From: a virus
Lineage: Duplodnaviria; Heunggongvirae; Uroviricota; Caudoviricetes
Reading direction: 5' to 3' (one strand)
IMG/VR virus record: IMGVR_UViG_3300042401_001180
Length of the DNA stretch: 64,000 bases
Shown here: piece by piece, positions 30,161 through 38,973 of the stretch
Layout: each line of letters begins with the position of its first letter
Numbering within the stretch: position 1 is the stretch's first letter
Position numbers and translations under genes: made by a program
Notes under the pieces: generated by a model
The model's input: the letters and a program-made list of their open reading frames with translations, nothing else
What the model was told of the DNA's origin: nothing
Databases searched by the model: none

Positions 30161-32127
30161 TGGGTTTAGATTTAAGTAACGATTATAATAAGGCAAAAAC
30201 TAAAATAAGTGCCTATCAAACTACTGTCGAGAGTAAGAAGGATGAATCGCGCGAAAAAAAACAAAAATCAAAAACGTCTTTAGATAAAAAAAAGAGTGAC
30301 GTAACAAAACAATTAAATGAATTAAAAAGTGGTACAAGCGACATTAAAAACCAAATAAAAAACGAGGTTAAAAATCAATTAGAACAACTTTTAGATTTAT
30401 TTAAACAATCACTACCAAAGTCAGGAAATAAGTCTTTAAACACCATTAGTAGGTTTTTCTTAGAAGCGGCTGAAGTCACTAAAAGTAGAATAGGTGAAAT
30501 ATTAGTTGAGGAAATAGTTTCAACTATTGGTTGTTCAGAAGAACAATCATATGAAGATAAATTAAATCAACCAATATACATTAAAGTTAGTCAGGTAGAT
30601 TTATTTAAAAGATTAAAATTTTCACCTGACGATAAAGATGTTAAATTTTATTACGAGAATACCCCAACAAATCCAGGAATAATACCAAACTCAGTTAACC
30701 GAGTATTATATGATAGGTTACAAAATTTAGGACAATCGTATCAAACACAGTTAGGTTCAGATTATAGAGGAGTTTCAGGACAAGATTTATTTGATATTGA
30801 ATATGTACAATTTTACCCTGCAATTGGACCTACAAACTTTGGGGACTTTTTTAAAGTAACCCTTAAACCCCAATTAAATAGTAGAACTACAGTATCTGAT
30901 TTTTTAAGAGATTATTATGGTAGTATTGATATTTTACAATTTGATGTTTTAACTGCAGAAATTATGAACGCATTAACGGGAGCGTTTGATTTTAGTAGTG
31001 GGATATCAACAGACGAGTTAAGAGAACAGAAAAAATTTGATTTAATATTAAAAAGAATAATGGGTATTTGTACCGATCCAGCTAAAAAAATAGATGTTGC
31101 TGGTACTGCAAAGTTAAGTGATCAAGATTTAATTGATGATGGATTTTTTGAAGTTTCAAATCAAGAATTAAGATTTATTGAAGAAAGTATAAATAACACT
31201 ATAAATGGTGTTGTTCAGTTTGAGGACTGTGGAGATTTAAAACTACCGGTTAATCCACAAGCAACTAGAAGTATTGTTGAAGAGGTTATTACTGAAAATG
31301 TGGGTTCTAAAAAAATAGACAGAGTAGAACAAGCAATAGGTGAGTTGGCTAATGATCCAAAATGGAAGGAATTAGGGTTAGATATAAACCTTAAGGCGTC
31401 CTTAGATACCAGTCTTATCACACAACTACCTAAGATTGTTTTTAAAACAATTCTATCACCAAAGGTAATGTTAGGGTTTTTAATTATGGTTAAAGCGATT
31501 ACAAGTCAACTTTCATCTCAATTAGACAACCTATTTGATGATTTAGAAAAGTTTATGAAAACGTTTAGAAAATTTGTTGTAAATTTTATGCAAAAAGTTA
31601 CGGCAATTTTTGTTGAGGAGTTGTTTAAAATTGTTAAAAAACAAATTAAACAATTAGTAGAAAAGATATTATCTGATATTGTTAAGGAAGCTAAAAATAA
31701 ACAATTAGCGATGTATTCTGCAATTGTTTACGCACTGTTAGCATTAGGACAGGCATTACTTGATTATAGAAATTGTAAAAGTGTTATTGATGATATACTA
31801 AAGTTACTAAATTTAGGGATATCACAACTTAATTTAGGGTTACCTTTATTTGCACTTGCCGGTTCATCTTTACTTAGTGGTGTGTCTAATACTAGAGCGT
31901 TTGCAAATGTGATTGAAAATTTACAAAGTATCGGGTTACCGACAGGGGATGCTCCAGACGGTGGACCTAACCTTATGAATATGTCAATGATGTCACAAAT
32001 TAAAGGTAGTAATTTAGAAACATTTACGAATGGTAAGGTTGAAGTTTATATTCCACCTCCGGTAGGATTTGCGGGACCATTCCCTATTACAGCAAAACCA
32101 TCAAAAGGTAGTGGAAAATTTATGTAA
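30160..32127 (+). CDS. Large hypothetical protein, probably virion/baseplate-associated
   Basis: 655 aa, in a late operon upstream of the gp5-like gene. Confidence 0.75.
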   Translation: MGLDLSNDYNKAKTKISAYQTTVESKKDESREKKQKSKTSLDKKKSDVTKQLNELKSGTSDIKNQIKNEVKNQLEQLLDLFKQSLPKSGNKSLNTISRFFLEAAEVTKSRIGEILVEEIVSTIGCSEEQSYEDKLNQPIYIKVSQVDLFKRLKFSPDDKDVKFYYENTPTNPGIIPNSVNRVLYDRLQNLGQSYQTQLGSDYRGVSGQDLFDIEYVQFYPAIGPTNFGDFFKVTLKPQLNSRTTVSDFLRDYYGSIDILQFDVLTAEIMNALTGAFDFSSGISTDELREQKKFDLILKRIMGICTDPAKKIDVAGTAKLSDQDLIDDGFFEVSNQELRFIEESINNTINGVVQFEDCGDLKLPVNPQATRSIVEEVITENVGSKKIDRVEQAIGELANDPKWKELGLDINLKASLDTSLITQLPKIVFKTILSPKVMLGFLIMVKAITSQLSSQLDNLFDDLEKFMKTFRKFVVNFMQKVTAIFVEELFKIVKKQIKQLVEKILSDIVKEAKNKQLAMYSAIVYALLALGQALLDYRNCKSVIDDILKLLNLGISQLNLGLPLFALAGSSLLSGVSNTRAFANVIENLQSIGLPTGDAPDGGPNLMNMSMMSQIKGSNLETFTNGKVEVYIPPPVGFAGPFPITAKPSKGSGKFM

Positions 32128-32128
32128 T

Positions 32129-32332
32129 ATGGAACCAAAAGAAGTTTTAGAAATATTAAGTGATTATAAAAATTGTTCAAATAAACAAATAGTTGATGTT
32201 ATGGATTTTTTACAAAATGACTTCCAAAAAACGAAGGATTTAATAGTAAAACTAACAAAACATTTAGATGTTACTGAACAATCGTATAATAAAGTTTTTG
32301 AGGAATATAAAAAAAGAATAAGTAATGGGTGA
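32129..32332 (+). CDS. Small hypothetical coiled-coil protein
   Basis: ATG at 32129, just after the upstream stop; 67 aa. Confidence 0.72.
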   Translation: MEPKEVLEILSDYKNCSNKQIVDVMDFLQNDFQKTKDLIVKLTKHLDVTEQSYNKVFEEYKKRISNG

Positions 32333-33896
32333 TAATTTTCAAGACGGTCAAAAAATATATTTTGGTGTTTGTATTGATAATATGGATCCACTTATGTTGG
32401 GTAGGGTAAGGGTTGAGCCTATTATCCAAAATATTGAAGCAGCAGAAAAATCAAATAGTGGTTTTGATGCGAATTCAAAAACCCCCGAAAAAAACGGGCC
32501 TTGGTCTAAAAAAGATCCATTTATTTATTTACCACTATTACCTTATTTTATTAACCAAGTTCCTAAAAAAGGTGAGAGTGTTATGATTTTTTACTACAAC
32601 ACGAATAGTAAAACATCAAAAAATAAGTTCTATATGATAGGGACATACTCATCTCCAACAACTATTAATTTTGAGAACTATTCATCATCTAAAACAAATT
32701 TAGATTCGGGAGCACTTAATTCAACAAAGAATGTTCCACCAATAAAAAATAACGATGGTACATATAAAGAAGAATCAACTAAGGGGGTTTTTGTTGAACC
32801 TGTTGATATATCAATTAACGGTAGAAATAGTGCAGATATAATTTTAAAAGAAGACGAGTTATTATTAAGGGCGGGTAAACACAAACAATTTAAAACGGGA
32901 GAAATACCTCAAGCAGATGACACAAGAGCGTTTTTACAATTAACTAAAAATTATTCAAAAATTAGTTACGGAGAACCAACATCTAAAACTAGATTGGTGT
33001 CTAATGAACTACCAATTAAATATTTAATTGAGTATGATGTAATTAACCCTGAAAATCAATTTTCAGCATTTACCGCTAATTTATATGTATACTCTTTAAG
33101 AACAGATGAAAAGGCATACAAAACTTTAACTTCTGTTTTTGATTATAATAGTGAATTAGATTTAACAGGATCAACCGACGGTGTTGCATTGGTTAGGATG
33201 ATTAATTTCCCAATAGGGTTAAATTTTAATGATTTATCTAATCAGATTAATCAAAGGTTAAAGAGTATCGTTACTGACCCTAAATCGTCGTTATTAAATC
33301 CGTCTTTAAATTTAAACGATCAATTTCCTTTCTATTATCGACCATCAAAAAGGTTAAGAGATTTGACTACTAAGTTTACGGGTACTGGGGATTTAATTGC
33401 TGCCGGAAATATGGCGTATTTACAAACCTTAGTTAAAATATCCTCTACTGATTTAACTCCCGGATATAATTTAGTTTTAAATGCAAAACTGTCACCTGAA
33501 CTTCCTTATAGTATTAGAAAAGATGTGTCAGTTCCCTCAAAGGCGGAAATGATTAATAATAGTGTAGGATTAATGGGGGCAAATCAACTATTCCTATTAT
33601 CACACGACTCAATAATTCCAGGTAAAGGTAAAATAGATATACCAAACACTATTTACGGAATTGATCAAGATTTAATCTCTAACGAAATTGAACCAAAAAC
33701 ATCATCAATGGTAAGAGGTGAGGAATTATTAGAATTATTAAATCTGATGGTTAGATTCTGTTTAACACACGTACATCCATATCCATTAATGCCACCATCT
33801 TCAGTTACGTTAGACGGACTATCAACCGACGACTTACTTGCTAAAATGCAAGAAGCATATCAAAAAGTTTTAAATAGCAATATTCGTATTAACTAA
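32325..33896 (+). CDS. Baseplate central spike/hub protein (gp5/VgrG OB-fold)
   Basis: N-terminal GVCIDNMDPLMLGRVRV...VPKKGESV and C-terminal THVHP (HxH apex motif). Confidence 0.72.
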   Translation: MGDNFQDGQKIYFGVCIDNMDPLMLGRVRVEPIIQNIEAAEKSNSGFDANSKTPEKNGPWSKKDPFIYLPLLPYFINQVPKKGESVMIFYYNTNSKTSKNKFYMIGTYSSPTTINFENYSSSKTNLDSGALNSTKNVPPIKNNDGTYKEESTKGVFVEPVDISINGRNSADIILKEDELLLRAGKHKQFKTGEIPQADDTRAFLQLTKNYSKISYGEPTSKTRLVSNELPIKYLIEYDVINPENQFSAFTANLYVYSLRTDEKAYKTLTSVFDYNSELDLTGSTDGVALVRMINFPIGLNFNDLSNQINQRLKSIVTDPKSSLLNPSLNLNDQFPFYYRPSKRLRDLTTKFTGTGDLIAAGNMAYLQTLVKISSTDLTPGYNLVLNAKLSPELPYSIRKDVSVPSKAEMINNSVGLMGANQLFLLSHDSIIPGKGKIDIPNTIYGIDQDLISNEIEPKTSSMVRGEELLELLNLMVRFCLTHVHPYPLMPPSSVTLDGLSTDDLLAKMQEAYQKVLNSNIRIN

Positions 33897-33918
33897 GTAT
33901 TTATATAGAAAAGTTAAT

Positions 33919-35394
33919 ATGTCAATATATAGATCTTACTTCGACAAGTCAGACACTCTATTATATAATTCCTACACCAATACAGGTAGAAACCCTATTG
34001 TAGAATTATTTTATGGTAGAGCAAACAATTCTTCAGCACCTATTGGGTTCAGTAGATATATTTTTAATATAGATTTGTCTAACTTAATTCAAAAAATAAA
34101 TGACGGTACCATATCTACAGATTGTTATGGGTATTCAGGGTTATCACACACCCTTAGAATGACTAATACGTCATTTTTTGATAAAGATTTATTAAACGAT
34201 AAAACATCACAAGGAAGAAGACGAGCAACATCATTTGATTTGATTCTTTTTAGAATACCAAAAACTTCAGGTTCAACCGGATCTCCACAAATTTGGGACA
34301 GTGGTGTTGGATATGATTATTATGATTTTGGTATTACAAATCTTAATGATAGAGCATTCTCACAAAGACCGTCAAATTGGTTTCAAACAACGACAATTGC
34401 TAATTGGTCAACATCTGGATTATATAATAATTCTAATTCAGCAACAGGAACAGGAGTAAATTATTCAGCAATTACAATTGTTGATACACAACATTTTGAA
34501 TTTGGTAATGAAGATATTGAATTTGACATGACAAATGAAATAAATTCAATATTAAGTGGAGGGACTACAGGGGTTACCGGTTATGGTATTGCCTTTTTAC
34601 CACAAGTAGAAAATATATCGGGATTAACCGAAAACTATTCTGTTGGTTTTTTCTCACCATTTACTCAAACATTTTATGAACCATTTTTAGAAACATCTTA
34701 TGATGATTTAATATTAGATAATAGAAACAACTTTACGTGTGGTGTAAGTAACGATTTATACCTATATGCATATGATAATGGAATTCCATTAACTTTTGAT
34801 AATAATCCAATCGTTGATATTTTAGATTCTAATGGCAGTATTGTTTACTCATCTTTAGTTACTTGTTTAGTGACTGAGGGCGTTTATAAAGTAACTGTTC
34901 CGGCAATTAGTTGTGATAATGCTCCATGTATTTATTATGACTTATGGAAAAATATTACAATTAATGCAGAATCTTTTGATAACATAGAAAATGAATTTGC
35001 ATTAGTTGAAAAATCAAAAAGATTTAATATTGGATCCACAACTGAAAATCCTAAAATATTTGGGTTTTCGTTTGACGGGATAAAACAAAATGAAAAAGTA
35101 TTAAATACAGATATTCGTAAAGTAAATGTGGTTGTAAAACAAGCATATTCTTCTAAATCAACACTTAATTATGTTAAGGCTTATTATAGAATATATGTTA
35201 GAGAGGGGGCAAATACAGAAGTACAAGTGCAAGATTGGACTAGAATTAATCAAACACCCGACGGATACTATTTTGTTTTTGACACAACAGATAAAATACC
35301 AAATGAATATTTTGTTGACGTAAAAGTGATAAGTGATAAAAACGTAGATACTTATAAAAGAGAACTACAATTTCAAATAGTAAATAAATTATAA
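33919..35394 (+). CDS. Putative virion structural protein
   Basis: 491 aa, beta-rich and S/T/G-rich; TATTTAT at 33898. Confidence 0.65.
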   Translation: MSIYRSYFDKSDTLLYNSYTNTGRNPIVELFYGRANNSSAPIGFSRYIFNIDLSNLIQKINDGTISTDCYGYSGLSHTLRMTNTSFFDKDLLNDKTSQGRRRATSFDLILFRIPKTSGSTGSPQIWDSGVGYDYYDFGITNLNDRAFSQRPSNWFQTTTIANWSTSGLYNNSNSATGTGVNYSAITIVDTQHFEFGNEDIEFDMTNEINSILSGGTTGVTGYGIAFLPQVENISGLTENYSVGFFSPFTQTFYEPFLETSYDDLILDNRNNFTCGVSNDLYLYAYDNGIPLTFDNNPIVDILDSNGSIVYSSLVTCLVTEGVYKVTVPAISCDNAPCIYYDLWKNITINAESFDNIENEFALVEKSKRFNIGSTTENPKIFGFSFDGIKQNEKVLNTDIRKVNVVVKQAYSSKSTLNYVKAYYRIYVREGANTEVQVQDWTRINQTPDGYYFVFDTTDKIPNEYFVDVKVISDKNVDTYKRELQFQIVNKL

Positions 35395-35406
35395 AAATAA
35401 AAAATT

Positions 35407-37200
35407 ATGGCAGTTAATGCACAATTATGTTACAATACAGGAACAACTAAAGGCATAAATTACAATGGTCTACCAATATCAATAGGAGATATTGTGTATG
35501 CTAATACGCCAGATTTTAAGACCTTTGGTTGTTTTGAAATTACCGATTCGGACGTAACCGGTTCAAATGTGAACGCACAAACAATTTATACAGATTGTTA
35601 TGACTGTTTAAATGAAAATTATGGTGTGGTAAATTTTGCATCTTGTGACGGTAATTATGAGAAACTACAAGCACCAATATCGTCTTTTGGGGTAGTACCT
35701 TCTGTAAGTGAAGTATTTTACGGTACTTTTGATGTTATTACCAAAAGAGGTGGATTTAGAGCCACTTCTTGTTGGATTGTCGATGGAGAAAACCCTGTAT
35801 CTCAATATACCGAATCAGATTACGCAGATTTATACTTATCAACCGCATTTACAGTTCCAGAATCTCAACCTTCATGTGAAAGTTGTTTATCTGTAAATAC
35901 GGTAACATATGAAGTTACTAGATGTGTTGAGGGTTCTACTGATTATGTGTTATTAATAGGTGATCAGTATATAGGTAATACCATATCATATACTGACGGA
36001 ACAAATCAATTTTGTGGTGTTGTTCAAGGACAAGGTACGGGATTACCAGAATTAACATTCGTCTCTGATTACGGTAATCCAGGTGAGGGTGATTTTTGTG
36101 AAGATTGTTTAAGTACATCTAATCAAAAACTTTTATTAGAGAGTTGTGTTGATCCCGAAACTCAGTATACCGTTTGGGCTTCCACATTATTTGGTATTGG
36201 TGATTTTAGTCATTTATCAATCGACGATGGATGTTTTAGAGTGGTTGGTTCGTCAGATCAAGAGGTTGATAATGTTAATTTTTTAAATTTTGTTCCATCA
36301 ACGGGTTGTGATCCTTGTATTGAATGTAATGGTATTGCATATGAATTTGCTACTTGTAGTGAGGAGCCAACCACAGGGACTGTTTATTTGTACCAATATT
36401 TACCATCAGGTACAACTTATTGGGATCCATATCAAGAATCCTGTACAACTATAGGCAATATTACAACGGGTGGTGATTATACTTTATATAGTGTAAATAC
36501 TTTTGATGATTGTACTAATTGTAATGAAACGGCAAATATTGAATTGTGGTATGGAACAATTTGTGAAACAGGTCAAGACATTTATGTTACAACAGTCTCA
36601 TCTGCAGGATTAACTACAGGAAACGTTGTAAAAGCAATGTGGGGTTCAAATGAATATGTTTGTGTTGAACTAGCTAATACCGTACCAGGTGCAGATAACC
36701 CAACGTGGTATGACACCAAAAAAGACAGTTTAGGTGATACAGTATTATATGATGGTTGCACAACATGTATTAGTACTTCAAGTATTGTTGTGGGATTAAT
36801 TAAGTGTGACACTGACGAAGAAAGTTTTGTAACGATTAGTTTAAGTAATTATCTTTCAATAATTGGGAACGGATTTACTTTACCTAATTATACAATAAGG
36901 GATCAAAGACAAAATTGTTATACAGTAACAAGCGCATGTCCAGCTCCTAGTTCGGCATCGACAGAAGGTATGGTTGTGGCGTATTTTTTCTACAGTTGTA
37001 TATATTGTCCAGATGTAAATCCGCCAAGAAGTGCAAATACTGAATACAATACGTGTGTAATATGTTGTGATTGTGGTTCTACCGCAACAACTGTGAATAG
37101 TGTAACGACACCACATCCAGTTTATACAGATGGATTTGGTACACCTGTAACACAATTAAATATGGTTGTATTAGGAGGAGTTAATGGATTAAATAGTTAA
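35407..37200 (+). CDS. Cys-rich repeat protein (about 7 modules ending in CxxC), putative fibre/appendage
   Basis: CYDC, CESC, CEDC, CDPC, CTNC, CTTC and CIYC occur at roughly regular spacing. Confidence 0.7.
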   Translation: MAVNAQLCYNTGTTKGINYNGLPISIGDIVYANTPDFKTFGCFEITDSDVTGSNVNAQTIYTDCYDCLNENYGVVNFASCDGNYEKLQAPISSFGVVPSVSEVFYGTFDVITKRGGFRATSCWIVDGENPVSQYTESDYADLYLSTAFTVPESQPSCESCLSVNTVTYEVTRCVEGSTDYVLLIGDQYIGNTISYTDGTNQFCGVVQGQGTGLPELTFVSDYGNPGEGDFCEDCLSTSNQKLLLESCVDPETQYTVWASTLFGIGDFSHLSIDDGCFRVVGSSDQEVDNVNFLNFVPSTGCDPCIECNGIAYEFATCSEEPTTGTVYLYQYLPSGTTYWDPYQESCTTIGNITTGGDYTLYSVNTFDDCTNCNETANIELWYGTICETGQDIYVTTVSSAGLTTGNVVKAMWGSNEYVCVELANTVPGADNPTWYDTKKDSLGDTVLYDGCTTCISTSSIVVGLIKCDTDEESFVTISLSNYLSIIGNGFTLPNYTIRDQRQNCYTVTSACPAPSSASTEGMVVAYFFYSCIYCPDVNPPRSANTEYNTCVICCDCGSTATTVNSVTTPHPVYTDGFGTPVTQLNMVVLGGVNGLNS

Positions 37201-37204
37201 AGTT

Positions 37205-37732
37205 ATGAATTTAAATAGAATAATTAAAAAAGTTTTATCAGAGGAATCAGAAAAACACTCTTCAAGATATATGTTTTTTTCAAACTTAGAACAAATGAAA
37301 AGACAATGTGAAATGTTATTAGATATGGATGAAAACGAAATTGAATCTATATTAGAAAACGGTCACGATTGGGCTCAAGACCATATCTCAGAAGCAAAAA
37401 ATAATATGGACCAAGTGTTTGATTTTCTAATGAATGAAACAAAAAGTGAAAATTATGATGAGATTATTGATGAGGATAGTGACGAGGAAAATGACGAATC
37501 CTTGGCAATTAGTTTAAAAAATCCTGATTTAGGTTTGGCAATGTCAGATATGAATGAGGAATTTGAAGAGATAACCGAAAAGAAGAAAAAGAACAAACCT
37601 ACTAACCCATCTCTATGGCAACAATGTTTATCGTGGGCTAAACAACGTTACGACGTTTGTCCAAGTGCTTATTGTAATGGTGCTGCCGTAAAACGATACA
37701 ACTCAAAAGGGGGTAAATGGAAAAAAGAATAA
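37205..37732 (+). CDS. Hypothetical protein with leader and basic C-terminal DUF5872-like module
   Basis: N-terminal IIKKVLSEE; C-terminal PTNPSLW...PSAYCNG...YNSKGGKW. Confidence 0.75.
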   Translation: MNLNRIIKKVLSEESEKHSSRYMFFSNLEQMKRQCEMLLDMDENEIESILENGHDWAQDHISEAKNNMDQVFDFLMNETKSENYDEIIDEDSDEENDESLAISLKNPDLGLAMSDMNEEFEEITEKKKKNKPTNPSLWQQCLSWAKQRYDVCPSAYCNGAAVKRYNSKGGKWKKE

Positions 37733-37736
37733 TTAA

Positions 37737-37904
37737 TCTAATAAACATAAACACCCCCAACAACCATCATTAGACAGATTAGATAGACATAAAGGGTATA
37801 CAAAGGATAATGTGGTACTATGTTGTTATTCTGCAAATATAGGTAGAAATGAAAATAATTTAGACACTTGGTTAGAGTTTATAAAATTACTAAATATTAT
37901 CTAA
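37737..37904 (+). pseudogene. C-terminal remnant of an HNH-type endonuclease
   Basis: A frame with no start codon reads PSLDRLDRHKGYTKDNVVLCCYSANIGRN, similar to SLDRIDSKLGYVKGN...CNQAKN in 63164..63703. Confidence 0.8.
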
Positions 37905-38507
37905 AATTCGTTTAACTAAAACATCTAAAGACTCATTTTGAGTCTTTTTCTTTTTTGGTTCGTAATGAGTCATTACAGGTTTTTGACCTTTACCTGATTG
38001 CGTGTCTTTTTTCTCAGCTCGTCTTTTTTGTTGACACGCTGATTTTTTTTCAGAATCAGACATCTTACCAGCAACACCTGCGGCTCTACATTTAGGGTAT
38101 GATTTACTTGATGCATCAGGTCTACCACAAGGAGGATGTTTACCATCTACTTTTCTACATATATCAACCCATGGACCTTTTGGTTGTGACGACCCTTTTG
38201 GTTTTTTCTTTTTTCCAAACCAAACGGCCAAATCTTCATTAATTGTATGAGCATCGTAATTATTTAATTCGTAAGACCCGTCTTTATTTTTTTCCCAATG
38301 ACCAACATATCCTTTAACATTATTTTTTAATGTTTTTTGTTTTTTCTCGTGATTAAATTCAGTATCGGCAAACTCAGTAAAGGGGTCTAATTCGGATTTT
38401 TTCCATTTTTTTAATCCTATAGCTACCGGACCATTATATATTCCAGCACTTGTATTAGTTGATACCGATTCCTTTAATACTTTTCTTATAATTTCACGAA
38501 TGTCCAT
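37890..38507 (-). CDS. Hypothetical protein with leader and basic C-terminal Cys module
   Basis: N-terminal IIRKVLKES; internal WF...WVDI...PCGR...YPKCR. Confidence 0.78.
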   Translation of the reverse strand: MDIREIIRKVLKESVSTNTSAGIYNGPVAIGLKKWKKSELDPFTEFADTEFNHEKKQKTLKNNVKGYVGHWEKNKDGSYELNNYDAHTINEDLAVWFGKKKKPKGSSQPKGPWVDICRKVDGKHPPCGRPDASSKSYPKCRAAGVAGKMSDSEKKSACQQKRRAEKKDTQSGKGQKPVMTHYEPKKKKTQNESLDVLVKRILDNI

Positions 38508-38973
38508 AATTTCTCCTATTTAATAATAAATATCCGTATATCATTAAATGTAAGTGATATGCACATAATGTTAATATTCCCCAAGTCTCCATCCAAAAGA
38601 AACCATTAAAAACCCAAAATAAAATGGACAATAAATATATCGGTAGATAAAACTTAAATCTTTTTGTTAAGTATAACGGAACCAAACAAGTGACAAAAAA
38701 AAGTATTGCAAAAATATTATGTAACCAAAAATGATCAGGCACTGAAAAGGCGGTTAATAACAATAAAAATATTGAGGGGATTTTCCACTCGTCTATGTCA
38801 AAAAAAAAGTAACTAACAAGTGCGTTTGTTAATATGAATAAAAATTGTAAATCAGTTTCCCACGATTGTGATATTGATGGTAATTCCCCACAGTAAAAAT
38901 AAATAATAAAAGGTTGTAGGGTAGCCAAAACTATCACAAACAACCTTCTAAAAAAATCAAATCTATTTATCAC
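38494..38973 (-). CDS. Multi-pass membrane protein
   Basis: About 5-6 hydrophobic segments in 159 aa. Confidence 0.75.
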   Translation of the reverse strand: MINRFDFFRRLFVIVLATLQPFIIYFYCGELPSISQSWETDLQFLFILTNALVSYFFFDIDEWKIPSIFLLLLTAFSVPDHFWLHNIFAILFFVTCLVPLYLTKRFKFYLPIYLLSILFWVFNGFFWMETWGILTLCAYHLHLMIYGYLLLNRRNYGHS

